Assembly (NCBI GenBank): GCA_030390025.1
Contig: CM059431.1
Span: 154,442,001-154,506,000, forward strand
Direction: 5' to 3'
DNA: 64,000 nt
Source: Squalus acanthias
Taxonomy: Eukaryota
Below, in pieces: positions 38,910 to 52,427 of this stretch (the stretch's first letter is position 1; the number at the start of each line of letters is the position of its first letter). The position numbers and the translations under genes are program-made. The notes beneath the pieces are model-generated. The model had not been told where the DNA came from, made no database searches, and worked only from the letters and a program-made list of their open reading frames with translations.

Positions 38910-41900
38910 CGAATGCTCCTGACAGATCGGACGCCTGCCATAGAGAAGGGCCTCTACGGGCGCATATTTCTGCTTTCTGGAGAACCTCCGCTCGCGGATA
39001 ACCGTTAGAAATCGTACATAAAATAAAAACGGAAAATGCTGGAAATGCTCAGCAGGTCAGGCAGCATCTGTGGTATGAGAAACAGAGATAACATTTCAGT
39101 TCAATGACGCCTTCGTTAGAACCGGATAAAGCTGGAGATGGAACATGCTTTTAAGCAAGTCTAGGGGCAGAGAAAGGGCGGAGTGGGGGACAGAACAAAA
39201 GGGAATCTCTGTGATAGGATGGAAGGCAGGAGAGATTAAGAGACGAAATGGATGATGGAGCAAGGCAAAAGCATATGTTAATGGGACAAGTTAAGAAACA
39301 AATGATGAAGTGTAAATGGCACTGGCAGAATGAAAGACAGCTGCCATGTGAGAGAGGAGAAATACAATGGAAAAGTAAGATAAGGGCAGTGGTTATGTTA
39401 TGAGATGTTGAATCCAGAAGGCTTAAAGTGCCTAATCGAAAGATGAGGTTTTGTTCCTCGAGCTTACCTTGAACTTCTTTGGAAAAGTGTAAGAGGCCGA
39501 GGACAGTGAGGTCTGAGTGGGAGTGGAGCAGAGAATTAAAGTGACAGGCGACCGAAAGCTCAGGGTGAACGTTACGGACTGAATGGAGATGTTCCACAAA
39601 GCGGTCACACAATCCACGTTGGGTCTCCCCAATGTAGAGGAGACTGCATCGTGAGCAGCAAATACTTTATACTAAATTTCAAGAAGTACAAGTAAATCGC
39701 TGCTTCACCTGGAAGGAGTGTTTAGGGCCCTGGATAGTGGGCAGGGATCAGATAAAAGGGCATGTGTTGCATCTCCTGCGCTTGCACGGGAAGGTGCCAG
39801 GCGAAGGGGAAGGGTTGTTGGGGATGATAGAGGAGTGGGCCAGGGTGTCGCGGACGGAGCGGTCCCTTCGGAATGCTGAAAGGGGAGGTGAGGGGAAGTT
39901 GTGTTTGGTGGTGGGATCACGTTGCAGGTGGCGGAAATGGCGGAGGATGATCCGTTTAATGTGGAGGCAGGTGGGGTGAAAGATGAGGACAAGAGGAACT
40001 CTATCGTGTTTTCGGTAGGGAGGGGAAGGGGTGAGAGCGGAAGTGCGGGAGATAGAACGGACACAGTCAAGGGCCGTGTCAACCACAGTAGAGGGGAATC
40101 CTCGGTTGAGGAAAAAAAGACAAATCGGGAGCACAAGTATGGAAGGTGGTATCGTCGGAGCACATGCAGAGAAGACAGAGAAAATGGGAAAATGGATTAG
40201 TGTCCTTACAGGAAGCGGCGTGGGAGGAAGTGTAGTTTAGGTAGCTGTCGGGGTCAGTGGGCTTGGACTGAAAGTTTGTCAATAGCCTATCCCTAGGGAT
40301 GGAGAAAGAAATATCGTGGAAGGGAACTGAAGAGTCGGAGATGGAACATATTGAAGGTGAGGGATGCTTGGAAATTGGAAGCAAAGTGAATTAAAATTTA
40401 TAGATTAGGGCGAGAGCACGAAATAGCACCGATACAGTCATCAATGTTCCCGAAAATCAGCTGAGGGAGGGGGCATGAGTAGGACTGGAACAAAGAATGT
40501 TCCACATATCCCATGAAGAGTTAGCCATAGCTAGGGCCCATGCGGGTTCCCATAGCAACACCTTTAATTTGGAGGAAGTGAGTAGAATCAAAGGAGAAGT
40601 TGTTCGATATGAGAACAAGTTCAGCCAGGTGGAGGAGGGTGGTGTGGATGAGGAATGTTTGGGCCTCTGTTCAAGGAAGAAGCGGAGCGCCCTCAGGTCA
40701 TCCTGGTGGGGAATGGAGGTGTTAAGGAATTGTACGTCCATAGTGAAAAGTAGACGGTTGGGGCCAGGAAACTGGAAACTGGTAAAGTGGAAGAGGGCGT
40801 CGGAAGAGTTCCGGATGTAGGTGGAAAGAGACTGGACAAGGGGAGAAAAAATAGCGTCGAGATAGGATGACAAGCTCCTTGGGGCAAGAACAGGCTGAAA
40901 CGATGGATCTACCATGGCAGTCCGGTGTGTGGATCTTGGGAAGGAGGTAGAAGCGGGCTGTGCGGGGTTGGGGATCAATGAGGTTGGCGGCCGTGGAGGA
41001 AAGATCTCCAGAGGAGATGAGGTCAGTGACGGTCTTGGAAACGTTTGCTTGATGTTTGGCAGTGGGGACTTCGTCCAGGCGGAGGCAGGAGGAGGTGTCG
41101 GAGAGTTGGCGTTCAAACTGTGCTAGGTCGAGGTCAGTTCGCCAAAAAAAACCAGCACCACCCTTGTCAACAGGTTTAATGACAATTTTGTGGTTGGATC
41201 TGAGAGAATGGAGTGCTGCACGTTCAGAGGGCGTTAGGGTGGAGTGAGTGAGGGGTGGAGAAAAATTGAGACGGCCGATGTCACGCCGGCGGTTTGCAAT
41301 TAAATGATCTAGAGAGTTTAAGAGGCCAGAGCGAGGGGTCCAGGCAGAACGAGAATTCTGAAAACGGGAGAATGGGTCAGCTGCGCGGTGGGAAGACTCC
41401 TGGCCAAAGAAGTGGGCATGGAGAGGAAGGCGGCGGAAAAAGAGCTCAGCATCGTGCCGAGCTCGAAATTCATTGAGATGGGGGCGTAAGGGGATGAAGC
41501 TCTCGCATTTGCTAAGGACTGATCGTTCGGGGTCAGAGAGGGGAAGGTCAGAGTGGATAGTGTAACCAGAGCAGGGTGTGAGATGGGAAGAAGGATGGAG
41601 TCAGACGAAAGTGAAGGGTAAGAAGTTTCCGGAGGGGTGTTGGTGTCCAAGATTTGTTGAAGCTTGCGATCCTTGACACCTGAAAGGAAGAAAAAAAGTT
41701 TTTTGTTAAAGCGCCGAATGAGGCGAAGGATGAAATGAAACTGCGGACCAGGACAGCTTTGAGATACAGTGAGGCGTTGCTGCTGAAGAGCGTGGTCGAG
41801 AGTGTTCATGTGGTGGTGCATGGAATTCAGCGTGGATCTCAGGATACGGCAAGAGCAGTGGTTCGAGGAACGCTGACTATCATGGAGGGATCTGTCGTCC

Positions 41901-42589
41901 TGCGTGGATTCAAAACACGAAAGGTGGAATTTTAGTTGGAATACACATGGAGTAAGTCGGAACCAGAGACAGTTGCTGAGGAAAGATATGTGGCTGTGAA
42001 AGCGAGTTTTGGTAGATACCTGATCAAACACGAAAAGGGATACAGAAAGCAATGAAGATGAACAAGATAAAAGAGACAAACGGATATCCTGCCGGAGAGT
42101 AGAGCAGAACTTCTTCAATTGGGCATTCTTAGAAGATTTCTCTTCTTAAAAAGCTTACGCCTGGTAAAAAAAAACTTTTTTTCACTCATTTATAATTTAA
42201 AAAAACTTTTAAAACAGGTAAGTTTATTTTTAGCCCCGTAAAAAAAATTATTAACAAAATATTTAATTTATTGTAATTTCAACTCATATTAAAAGCGTGA
42301 TTTAAAAAAAATATTTTAAGTTTCACTGTGTTTTTGGGGTGATCTCCCTTCATTTTTTGACAGATCTATCTTTTAACTGTATGAAGGGAGATTTACTTCT
42401 ATTGGCTCCGCATGGCCCACGTGATCCCAGGGACGCTTGGAAATACATGCGCCTCTGGTATACGTGGGCCCTGCGCATTTCGAGTTTGGAGTGTCCCATG
42501 AGCGGAAGTATACGCACCTCGGGAGCCATCAGGAAAGTTCCTAGATTTTTCCAGATCGGAGGAAGCCTCCGATCCGAAAATACGGGCCG
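38910..42589 (-). mobile_element. MITE family B split by the Penelope insertion (38910-39010 and 42150-42589)
   Basis: Both pieces are collinear with family B copies at 62300-63591; TIR-like end gaaaatacgggcc. Confidence 0.7.
39022..42140 (-). mobile_element. Penelope-like retroelement, near full-length, decayed (RT + GIY-YIG endonuclease)
   Basis: LSSYLDAIFSPLVQSLSTYIRNS...LFTMDVQ...SIPH (PLE RT), GTFPCKRRRCNTC (Zn-binding linker), DRFVEHL...VACHFN...KLEEQNLIFRLGTL (GIY-YIG C-terminus). Confidence 0.93.
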
Positions 42590-43239
42590 CAATGTTTCAA
42601 CTACACGAGACTGCGCAGGAAACTATAACTGAAAAACTGGCTGCAAAAATGAGAATGGAATCAACGAGAATCTTATGGCACGTCAAAACCAAGTGATATC
42701 TTGAGGTTGTGGTTGAAGTTTTGGAATGATTCGCAGGATAATTAATATTCTGACAGGTTTCGATACAACACTGCTTCCATGTCCATAATCATCTCGATAC
42801 CAGCCCATAGGCTGGTTAGGTTCTCGAGGTCTGGACAGTTTTAAGGGTTCCTTTGACTGATACGATGAAGAGGAGTGGGGCAATGTTCATCCACTAGAGG
42901 TGAGTTTCCCGCTGGTTATTATCGCAGAATTCAGTACTGGAGCTTAGGTTTCAGCTCGGTGCGATCAGGGATCGAACCCTGCCCCTTGTCACTCAGATGC
43001 GAGAATGTTGCCACGAAGTCGAAGTCCAGAAGTGAAGAGGTTTTATTAACAGAGGTGGGCAGATCGAATTAATTCACAATTTTAAAGGAGTGCATTCTGT
43101 CCAATGTTTTCAGTTATTATTTGTGATACATAATAACAAAGCTATTAACATCCTAGCTTGCAGATTAGTCGAGTTCTCTGATGCCTTGCGATTTCTCGGC
43201 TGGGAGCTGGAAAATGATTTCTGGAGGCGCTGGTTGGAG

Positions 43240-44533
43240 TCTAGACCTGGGATCAGGAAAAATCTACGAACTTACCTGAGGCACGGGACGCACACACTTC
43301 CGATCCTGGGCCTCTCCAAACTCCAAGTTCGCAGGGCTCATGTATCCCAGAGGCGCATGCAGTTCTCAGCTTCCTTGGGATCAGTGGGCCTTGAGGAGCC
43401 AATCAAAGAAGGGAATCTCCAATAAAATAACTATTTTAAACAAAAAATTTGCATTTTTGAAAAAAAAATTATGGGCCGAAAATTGATCCAGGGACGCGAG
43501 AGTACGCACTGCGTACTCTCGCGTATTCCCACTCCAATTGCCGGTTTTCTGCATGCCCTGCGCATGCGCTGAAAACCGGCAATTGCTCTTCTGAAAAGGG
43601 GGCGGGTCCTGGGTGCATCGCGTGCGCGCTACAGGCTGCGCGCACGCTGTGCACTTCATGCTTTGGACGCGCAGGTAAGTAGGGAAGATTTTGGAAATGT
43701 AAAAAGGAGGAGTAAGACCCGCTTTTAAGAAGGTAAGTAGTGAATTAAGTATTTTTTTGAATTTTTTTTTACAGGTATATCTTTTTTAGAGACTTTAAAG
43801 ACAGGTAAGTTTATTTTTATAACTTTTTAAAAGATTTTAAATTTTTTCAAAAATTTAATTTTTTATTTAAAATGGTTAATTTAATTAACTATACTTATTT
43901 TATTAATGTGATGGGTTTTTTTTTTAATTTAATTGAGGTTTAGCTGTTATTTTGGGGGGGTGTAAGATTCATAGATTTCACATCAGGTCTGTGAAACTTA
44001 TGAATGGAAGATGGTGTGCTGCCATTGGCTCTAACTGAGTCACGTGATCCCACAGCTCGTACGTATTCACTACGCCGCTGGGATACGCAAGCCCAGCACA
44101 GCTGATGTCTGGAACATCAAGTTCGTGCGAGCTGTATCTGAAAAAGCACAAGCGGGGTGAGACAACGCGGGGAAGGCTTACCCCCGCGGGAACAGAGCGA
44201 GATCAATTTCTGGGCCTATGTTTTTCACGGGGCTAAAAATAAAACTAACCTTTTTAAAGTATTTTTAAATGATAAATCAACCCTTACCCCTGCTTTTACC
44301 AGGCGTAAGAATTGTAAGGGTTTTCTGCGGGCGGAGGGTCTCAAAAAGCAGAACTATCCGCCCGCAGAGGCCCTTCTCGAGGGCAGCCGGAGGATCTGTC
44401 AAGAGCATTCTTGACAGATGGTAATGCCGGTTTTCAGCGCATACGCTGTGCATGTCTAAAACCGGCATTTCCGATGTCCCTACGGGTGCGTACAAAGCGC
44501 GTACCCACCCATAGGGATCGGAATATTTGGGCT
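43240..44533 (+). mobile_element. MITE family B (left end uncertain) containing a family A insertion
   Basis: Homologous to 55276-56762; ends gatcggaatatttgggc. Confidence 0.8.
43473..44216 (-). mobile_element. MITE family A nested in family B
   Basis: TIRs gggccgaaaatt / aatttctgggcc; TSD tat on both sides; close reverse-complement match to 27583-28305. Confidence 0.92.
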
Positions 44534-44879
44534 AATATATTACAAAGACATCTAATTCATGATTAATTTAAAACAATGTTGAAATTGACGGCGTTTTCAA
44601 TTGAATGCTGATTTAATTACGCAAGAGAGGGATTCTGGATCACACGGTTCAGAATGTGCTCAGTCCTGACTGAGTGCTGGACAGCTCAGCACAAAAGTAA
44701 AGTGTAAATAAACTGATGTTTGCGACATCCCGCAGGGCTGACAGAGATAGAGACAGTTGGGACAGGTGGAGCTTCTTCCTAAGTATCCAAAACTGTCCAG
44801 TGGATGTCGACTGCAGGTCTGTGAGTTCGATGGTAAAGTGACATAGAGGTCAGTTCTCGTCGATAATATTGGGTCAAAT

Positions 44880-45060
44880 TGGAGCGATTTGCTGACACTA
44901 CATGCAGTACCGAGAGATTGCAGCACTGTCCGAGCTGACGTCTTTCGGATAAGACGGTTAAACCGAAGCCCTGCCTGCCCGCTCATGCAGATGTAAACGA
45001 TCCCACGGCACTATTTGAAAGAAGAGCAGGGAGGTTCCCCGTGTCCTGGCCAGTAATCCT
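44880..45060 (+). mobile_element. Deu-domain SINE fragment (SacSINE1/AmnSINE-like)
   Basis: gtctttcggataagacggttaaaccgaagccctg...gatcccacggcactatttgaaagaagagcaggg...gtgtcctggcca resembles the Deu core as I recall it. Confidence 0.75.
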
Positions 45061-45459
45061 ACAATCCCGCACTGGAGTAACAGCCTCGATATTGTGTTCA
45101 ATCTCAGCAGCGGCCCTATATGTACATGTATGCACCTTTATGTATTTTTGCCGCGACAGTCAAAACTTCAGGTTATCACGAAATGCCCTGCTCTAACTGA
45201 TGCAGAACCTCGTGCAATTCCTCTGCTGAATGTTCTTTAGTGTGAGCATGCATTGTATGTACGTTCTGCTGTTATAGCGAATTGCAGCAAACTTCAGACG
45301 TTAGATTCCGAAAAGAAAGTCATTAATTTGCACTTTTAAGCAAGAGCCAGAAGATAGTGATTGGTTATGAGAGGCCTCGCTCATTGACATATCCTGTACA
45401 CAAGGGATGCTTTTGCAAATTATGGCGCAGCTATCAACTGGCTATCAGCTAGCGCTGCA

Positions 45460-48400
45460 TATCCTGGGGTACTCTGACCTTCTCAAGGCCCAATCGCCCT
45501 GGTTGCTCTGATCTTCGACAGCTTCATATTCCAGGATACTCAGACTGTCTCATTATTTGAATAGACCAGGATACCCAGACGGTCTACATGCCCAATACCC
45601 CAGGATACTCCGACCCTCGATTGGATTATAGCCCAGGTTAATATGACCCTCTGCAAAGCCCATAGCCTTGGTTACTTTGACCCTCTGCGTAGCCGAAAAG
45701 CTCAGAGTACTCTGACTATCTTTACAGCCCTGGGTAATCTGAATCATTACACGCACAATTACACAGTTGCTCGAACCCTCAATACCTGAGGGGACTCTGA
45801 CCCTCTAAAGGCCCAATAGCCCAGGATACACCGAACCTCTGTATAGCCCTGGGAACACTGACCCTCTGCAAGCCCTAAATACGTTGGTATGCTGTCCATC
45901 TAAAGGCCCAGTAGCCCAGTATACTCTGAATCTCTGTATAGCCAAGGGAACTATGACCCTCTGCAAAGCACAGGGTACACTGCGACTCTGTCGGCCATAA
46001 CGGACAGGACACGTTGTCCATTCACAGGCCCAATAGCCCACGGTAAGCTGACACTCTTTTTGGCCTTGCTAATCTGGTCCTCGACAGGCCCAATAAACCT
46101 GTGTATCTGACCATCTGTATTGCCGGGTTATTCTGTCCTTCTGCATAACCCAGGGTAATCTGACAATCTGCCTGCCCAATAGCCCATGTTCTCTGACCCT
46201 CCAAAGGGGTAATAGGACTGAATACTCTAACACTCTGTATAGCCCAGCGTACTCTGGCCCTATGCAGGCAATATATGCCAGGATACAGTGACGCTTGATC
46301 GGCCCAATTGCCCACTGTACTCTGACCCTCTACCTGCTCAAACGTCCAGGTTACACTGACACCCCACATGCTCAATATCACAGATTACTCTGGCCCTGTA
46401 CAGACACACTAGCCCATAATACTGCAACACTTGAAATGCCCATGTTATTCTGACACTCTGCATAGCCCAATAGCCCGGGGTACTCCGATACTCTTTATAG
46501 CCCATGATACTCTGACACTTTACACGCGCAATAGCCCAAATATTCTTTCCCACTGCCAGCTCTGTAACTGAGGGTTCTTTGACCCACTGCATGACCAAAA
46601 GACCAGGGTACACTTTACCTGTAGTGTCCAACAGCCCAGTTGCACTGACCCTCTACAGGCCAATAGCCCTGACTAATCTGACACTCTGTGTTAGCCTGGG
46701 TACTCTGACCCTCGGCAGGCCCAAATAAGTAGGGTACATTGACCAATTATAAGCCTAATTGCCCACGGTAATCTTCCCCTCAATTTGCTCAAAATCGCCC
46801 CGTGTGGCCTGAAGCTCCGCAGGACCGATAACTCAGGGTACTCTGACCCGTCATGCAGCTCAGGGTATTTGACCCTCTACAGAATCACTAATCCCAGGTT
46901 ACTTTATCCCTCTGAACAGCGCATCGTATTCTGAGACGCATATCCCAAAAGCCTAAAATTCTCCGAACCTCTTTATAGCCCAGGTATTCAGCCATTGTAC
47001 ATGTTCCATAGCACAGGATACTCTGAACCTCTGAACAGCCCAGGATACTCTGAACCTCTGAACTGCCCAGGATACTCTGAACCTCTGAGCATCCCAGGAT
47101 ACTCTGAAACTCTGAACAGCCCAGGATACTCTGAAACTCTGAACAGCCCAGGATACTCTGAACCTCTGAACAGCCCAGGAAACCCTGAACCTCTGAGCAG
47201 CCCAGGATACTCTGAATCTCAGAACAGCCCAGGATACTCTGAACCTCTGAACAGCCCAGGTAATCTGACATTTTAGACGCTCATTAGCTCAGCTACTCTG
47301 ACCCTCTGCAGGCTCGAAACTGAGGTTTTTTTGACCAATTGTAATCCCGAACGCACAGGGTACTCTTACCTTTCAGAGGCCCAATAGCCCAGGATACACT
47401 GAAACTCTGAATAGCCCAGGCTACTCTGGAACACTGAATAGCCCAGGATACCCCGCGGCCCCCTCTCCGAATAGACCAGAGGACACTGACTCTCTGCAGG
47501 CCCAATAGACCAGGGCAATTTGTCCTTTTCGAGGCCTAATTGCCCAGGTTACACTGACCCACTGCATAGCCCAGGTTAATCTGGTCCTCCCAATTACGCA
47601 GTTTTCTCTGACCAGCTGCAGAGTCTATGTTACTCTGAGCTTCTGAATTACCCTGGTTAATCTGACCATCTGCATGCAGAATGAACTAGGTACTCTTACC
47701 CTCTACAGGCTTCATAGCCCAAGGTAACCTGGCACTCTCTATAGCCAAGGGTACTCTGACACTCTCTATAGCCAAGGGTATTCTGACACTCTGTCTAGCC
47801 CAGGATACTCTGACACCCTTTGTAGTCTAGGATGCTATTACACTCTGTGTAGTCCAGGATACTCTGACACTTTGTGTAACCTAGGGTATTCTGACGCTGT
47901 TTGTAGTCCAGTTCATTCTGACCCGCTATCGTCCGATAATTTCACGGTGCACCATCCCTTTCTAGCCCAAATTGCCCAGCGCACACTTACCCTCTACCTG
48001 CTCAATCGCCCTGGTTACTCTGACACACCACCTTCCCAATATCTCAGGGTACAATGATCTGCAACAGACCCATTAGCCCAGGGTACTGTAACACTCTGAA
48101 CAGCCCATGGGTTTCTGTTAATAGATACCTCAAGAGCCCGAGGTATTCTGAAACTCATTCAATCCCAGTTTACTCTGGCCCGTTATACGTCCAATAGCTC
48201 AACTACTCTGACCCTCTGCAGGCTCAATAGACCAGGGTACTCTGTACCTCTAAAATCCCAATAGCCCAGGGTACTCCTAACCTCCAGTGGCCCAATTGCC
48301 CAGGATATTCTGAACCTCTGTATAGCCCTGGATACTCTGTCTCTCTGGATATCCCAGGGGACACTGACACTCTGCAGGCTCAATAGCCCAGGATACGCTG

Positions 48401-50190
48401 TACCTGCAGGCGCACATGCACAATATACTCTAATCCTCTGCAACACCCAGGGCATCCTGGCCCTCTGGTTCATCTGACACGATAGAAACGTAATAGCCCA
48501 GGGTACACAGACCCCCCGCAGCCTCAATATCCCAGGGTACTCTGAACATCTAGAAGCCTAATGGCTCGGGGTACTCTGTACAGATAGAGGCCGAATGGAC
48601 CAGGCTACTATGACCCCTACATTCCCATTAGCCATGCGGACTCAGATCCAATAGAATACCAGTAGTCCTGGCTATACTTTCCCTCTAACGACCCATTAGC
48701 GCGGAGTAATCTCTTAATCTGTATATGACAGGGTAGTCTGTCACTATTTAGGCACAACATTACGATGTACATGGACACTCTTCCGTCTCAATGTCCCAAG
48801 GCAATCTGGCCCATGACAGCCAATGGAACTCACAACCACTACAGGTCCAATAGCTCAAGGGCAATCTTCCCCTCTGCATAGCAGAGCGTACAGTCAGCCT
48901 CTACAGGCCCAGTAGACTTATGGTATTCTGACGCTCTTCACGCGCAATAGCTCAGGCTAAACTAGCCCGCTGCATACCCAATATCATTGTTACTCTGAAC
49001 TTTTGCTTAGCCCAGTGTCCTCTGACCATCTACCAGCCCAATTTTATCAGGGTCTCTGACAACCACCGAGGCCAATAGCCCAGAGACATTAACCCTCTCT
49101 ATTGCCAAAGCTTCTCTAACCGTCTACAGGCCCAATAGCCCAGAGTATCCAATCCCCTATATAGCCGATTGTAATCTGACCATACACAGTCCCAATAACC
49201 CAGGTTACACTGAAACACTTCAGCCCAAAACGCTCAGGAGAATCTGACATCAGGCCCAATATCCCATGGTAATCTGAGCCTTTATATACCCCAGTAAACT
49301 CTGTGCTTTAAGACCCAATAACCCTGGGTACGCTGGCAGACTTAATAGTCCAGAGTACTCTGCCGCTCTATCGGCGATATATCCCAGCATATGCAGTCCA
49401 CGTACATGCCCAATAGCCTGGCGTGTGCTGACCCGCTACAGGCCCATTTACTCAGGGAACACTGATCCTCTACATAGCCCAGAGTAATCTGACACTACAT
49501 AGACCAGGACACTCAAAACATCTACATACACAATAGCCCGTAGCCCAGCGTACTCTAGTACTCTACAGGCACAATAAATCAGCGTACTGTGGTGCTTTGC
49601 ATATTCCAAGTTACTTGAATCCTCTAAATAGCCCGTATTCGCTGTCACTCTAAAGACTCTATACAGCTCATCATATTCTGACCCTCTGTAGGTCCAATAG
49701 TGCAGGTTACTCTGAACCTATGCATAGCCCAAAGGAACCTGAACATCTCCAGACCAAATAGCCCACGGTACGCAAAACCTCTTTACAATCAAGGGTACTC
49801 TGAACATCGACAGGCCCAGTAGCTCAGGGTACTTTGAGCCTCTGCAGGCCGAGTAGCCCAGGGTACTCTCTCGCTCTGTGCATCCCCAGTTAAATTGACC
49901 TTCAGCAGGCCCAATATTGCAGAACGTCTGATTCTCCATGTAGCCGAGGTACTTTGACCCGTTGAAGGCCGAGTAGCACAGGGTACTCTGCACTTCTGCC
50001 TAGCCCAAGCTACGCTGATCCTCTCCAGGCCCAATAGCCGAGGGTCCTCTGATCCTCTGCTTATCTCAGTCTTCTCTGAAACTCCAGAAGACCTACAACC
50101 CAGGATACTATGACCCGCTGCTTCCCTTAAGATACTGTGAACCTCTACAGATCCAATAGCGGAAGGCAATATTAATCTCTGCCTGCACAA
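45460..50190. repeat. Degenerate minisatellite array of mixed 27-bp and 34-bp units
   Basis: Consensus tagcccagggtactctgaccctctgca with or without ggcccaa; near-identical 27-mers at 47013-47265. Confidence 0.93.
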
Positions 50191-50519
50191 TTCAATGTTA
50201 TCCTTTACGTTGCACTGTACAGATTTGGAGCTGATTAGAAAATACCTTGATATTGCTTCTAATGTACAACTCCTTCGCTAGGAAGGCACGACTGATCCCA
50301 CCTTTAAACCGGTCTATGTTCAATTAAAACGGTCTATGCTGATTTTGATGCTCTTATGGAAATTAGACCATTATTTTTGTTTTATGTTAATATTTGGAAA
50401 CTTTATAATATTTGAAACAGCATTGGAAATATCCTCAACACATTTTTTTCAAACTGTGCATCCACATCCAAACGAGTAAGTACAGTAACCAAATATTATT
50501 TGTCAGAAAATCTGGAGAA

Positions 50520-52250
50520 TTGCATTCAAATGCATAGCATTTACAGCACAATAACAGGCCATTTGTCCCAACTGGTTTATGCCGGAGTTTATGATCCATC
50601 TGAGTCTCCTCCCACCCTATTTCAACTAAACCATACAGCATATAATTGTATTAATTTCTCCCTCATACAGTTATCTAGCTTCCCCTTAAATGCATTTATG
50701 CTATTCACCTCAACTACTCCATGTGATAGTAAGTTCCACATTCAACCACTCTCTGGATAACGAAGTTTGTCCTGAATTTCCTATTGGATTTAATAGTGAC
50801 TCTTATATTTATGAACCCTAGCTTTGGACTCCCGAACATGTTTAAACTTTTTCTCCACATCTACTCTGATCAAATCCCTCCATAATTTTAAGGACTCCTA
50901 TTAGGACACCCCTCTGCTTTCCCCTTTCTTGATAAAAGAACCACAGCGTGTTCAATCATTCGTGATAGTTATAATCTCTCAGTTCTACTATCAACCTTGC
51001 AAATATGTTTTCCACCTTCACCAGCGACTCTCTAGACTTTAAATTAAGTTCTATATAAATTTATCATAACTTCTATGTTCGTGAATTCTAATCGTAAAGA
51101 AATGAACACAAGTGATCTATTTTCACTTTTTAATGCCTATTCACTTGCGCTGCAAACAGAAAATGCTAGTAATACTCAGCAGGTCAAGCAGCATCAGTAG
51201 AGAGAGAAACAGAGTTAACGTCTGGAAGGTTGCATCATCAGAGCAGATGAGGCGGTGACGGTGAAACTGGGAGAATGGAATAGAGTAGTTACATGAAGCT
51301 GCTGGGAGGAAGTGTAGTCCAGGTAGCTGTGGGAGTCAGTGGGCTTATAGTGAATGCTTGTCAATAGCCATGTTTCCAAAGAAGCTCAACGTAAGCTCGA
51401 GGAACAGCACCTCATCTTTCGATTAGGCAATTTAGAGCCTTCTGGACTCAACATCGAGTTCAACAATTTCAGGCCATAACATCTGCCCCAATTTTTTTTC
51501 ACATACTGCTGTTGATGATTCTGCCATTGCAATTTACACTTCATCTCGAGTCATCTTTTGTTTCTTAACTTGTTGCATTACCATATCCTTTTGCCTTGCA
51601 GAATTATCCCTTTTGCCTCTTAATCTCTCCTGCCTGCGACCCTTCACAGACCGTCTCTTTTGTTCGTTCCTCTCCTCCCCTCTCTCCCTGCCCTTAGACT
51701 TGCTTAACAACCTTTGACATCTCTAACTTTTTCCAGTTCTGAGCAAGGGTCTTCGACCTGAAACGTTAACTCCCTGTGATCTAGTTTTCTAGGTAACTGA
51801 AATCCATCATCCCTGGTAATATTCTAAAAAATCGTATCTACCTTCTTTCCAAGGCATATACGTCCTTTCTAAAGTATGGCGCCATAATTGGACATAATGA
51901 TCTAACTGAGCTCTAACAAATGATTTGTAAGGTTTTAGCATCAATTACTTGCTTTTGTAATCTATACCTCTATTTACAAAGCAAAGGACCCCGTTCTTTT
52001 TTAACAGATTGGCCCACTTTCCTGCCTCCTTCAAACATTTGTGTATGCAAACCCCGAGGTCTTTCTTTGATGCACCCACTTTTAAATTGTACAATTTAGT
52101 TTATACTGCCTTTGATCATTTTCCTTCCAAAATGCATCACGTCGCACTTCTCTGCATTATCGTTCATCTGCCATATGTCTGTCCATTTCACCAGTCTGTG
52201 TATCTCGACATGAAGTTTGCTACTATAATTCTCACTGTTTGCAAGCGGGC
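50520..52250 (-). mobile_element. Old CR1 3' region, interrupted by a Penelope-derived insertion
   Basis: Tail acagcacaataacaggccattt; RLVKWTDIWQMNDNAEKCDVMHFGRK remnant. Confidence 0.75.
51155..51772. mobile_element. Rearranged Penelope-derived composite with inverted terminal segments
   Basis: Minus-strand PLE end and RT pieces (51155-51370) joined to a plus-strand GIY-YIG end (KLEEQHLIFRLG) and a degenerate hammerhead at 51735-51772. Confidence 0.8.
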
Positions 52251-52427
52251 GAGGGTGTAAAACACAACAGGCGGGATATGTATAATCCTTTCTTTTTGAG
52301 CTTTTTCCCAATTCTGTTCCATTCTTCAATGTTCTAATCTTTCTCTCTTTTTGATCAACCCGTCGCTCTCAGTCTCTTTCTGTACATTTCTCTCAGTCTA
52401 TTTCTGTATCTCAATCTTTATACAATA

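Noticed and set aside
42945-43015. Minus-strand B-box (gggttcgatccc) suggesting a tRNA or SINE
   Set aside because: Too degenerate to define a cloverleaf or element boundaries
46888-47276. Repetitive proteins (GCSEVQSIL)n / (SPGYSEPLN)n
   Set aside because: By-product of a stop-free 27-bp repeat; no splice or gene context
45460-50190. CRISPR-like array (palindromic ~30-bp repeats)
   Set aside because: Units are contiguous with no unique spacers, there are no cas genes, and the context is vertebrate
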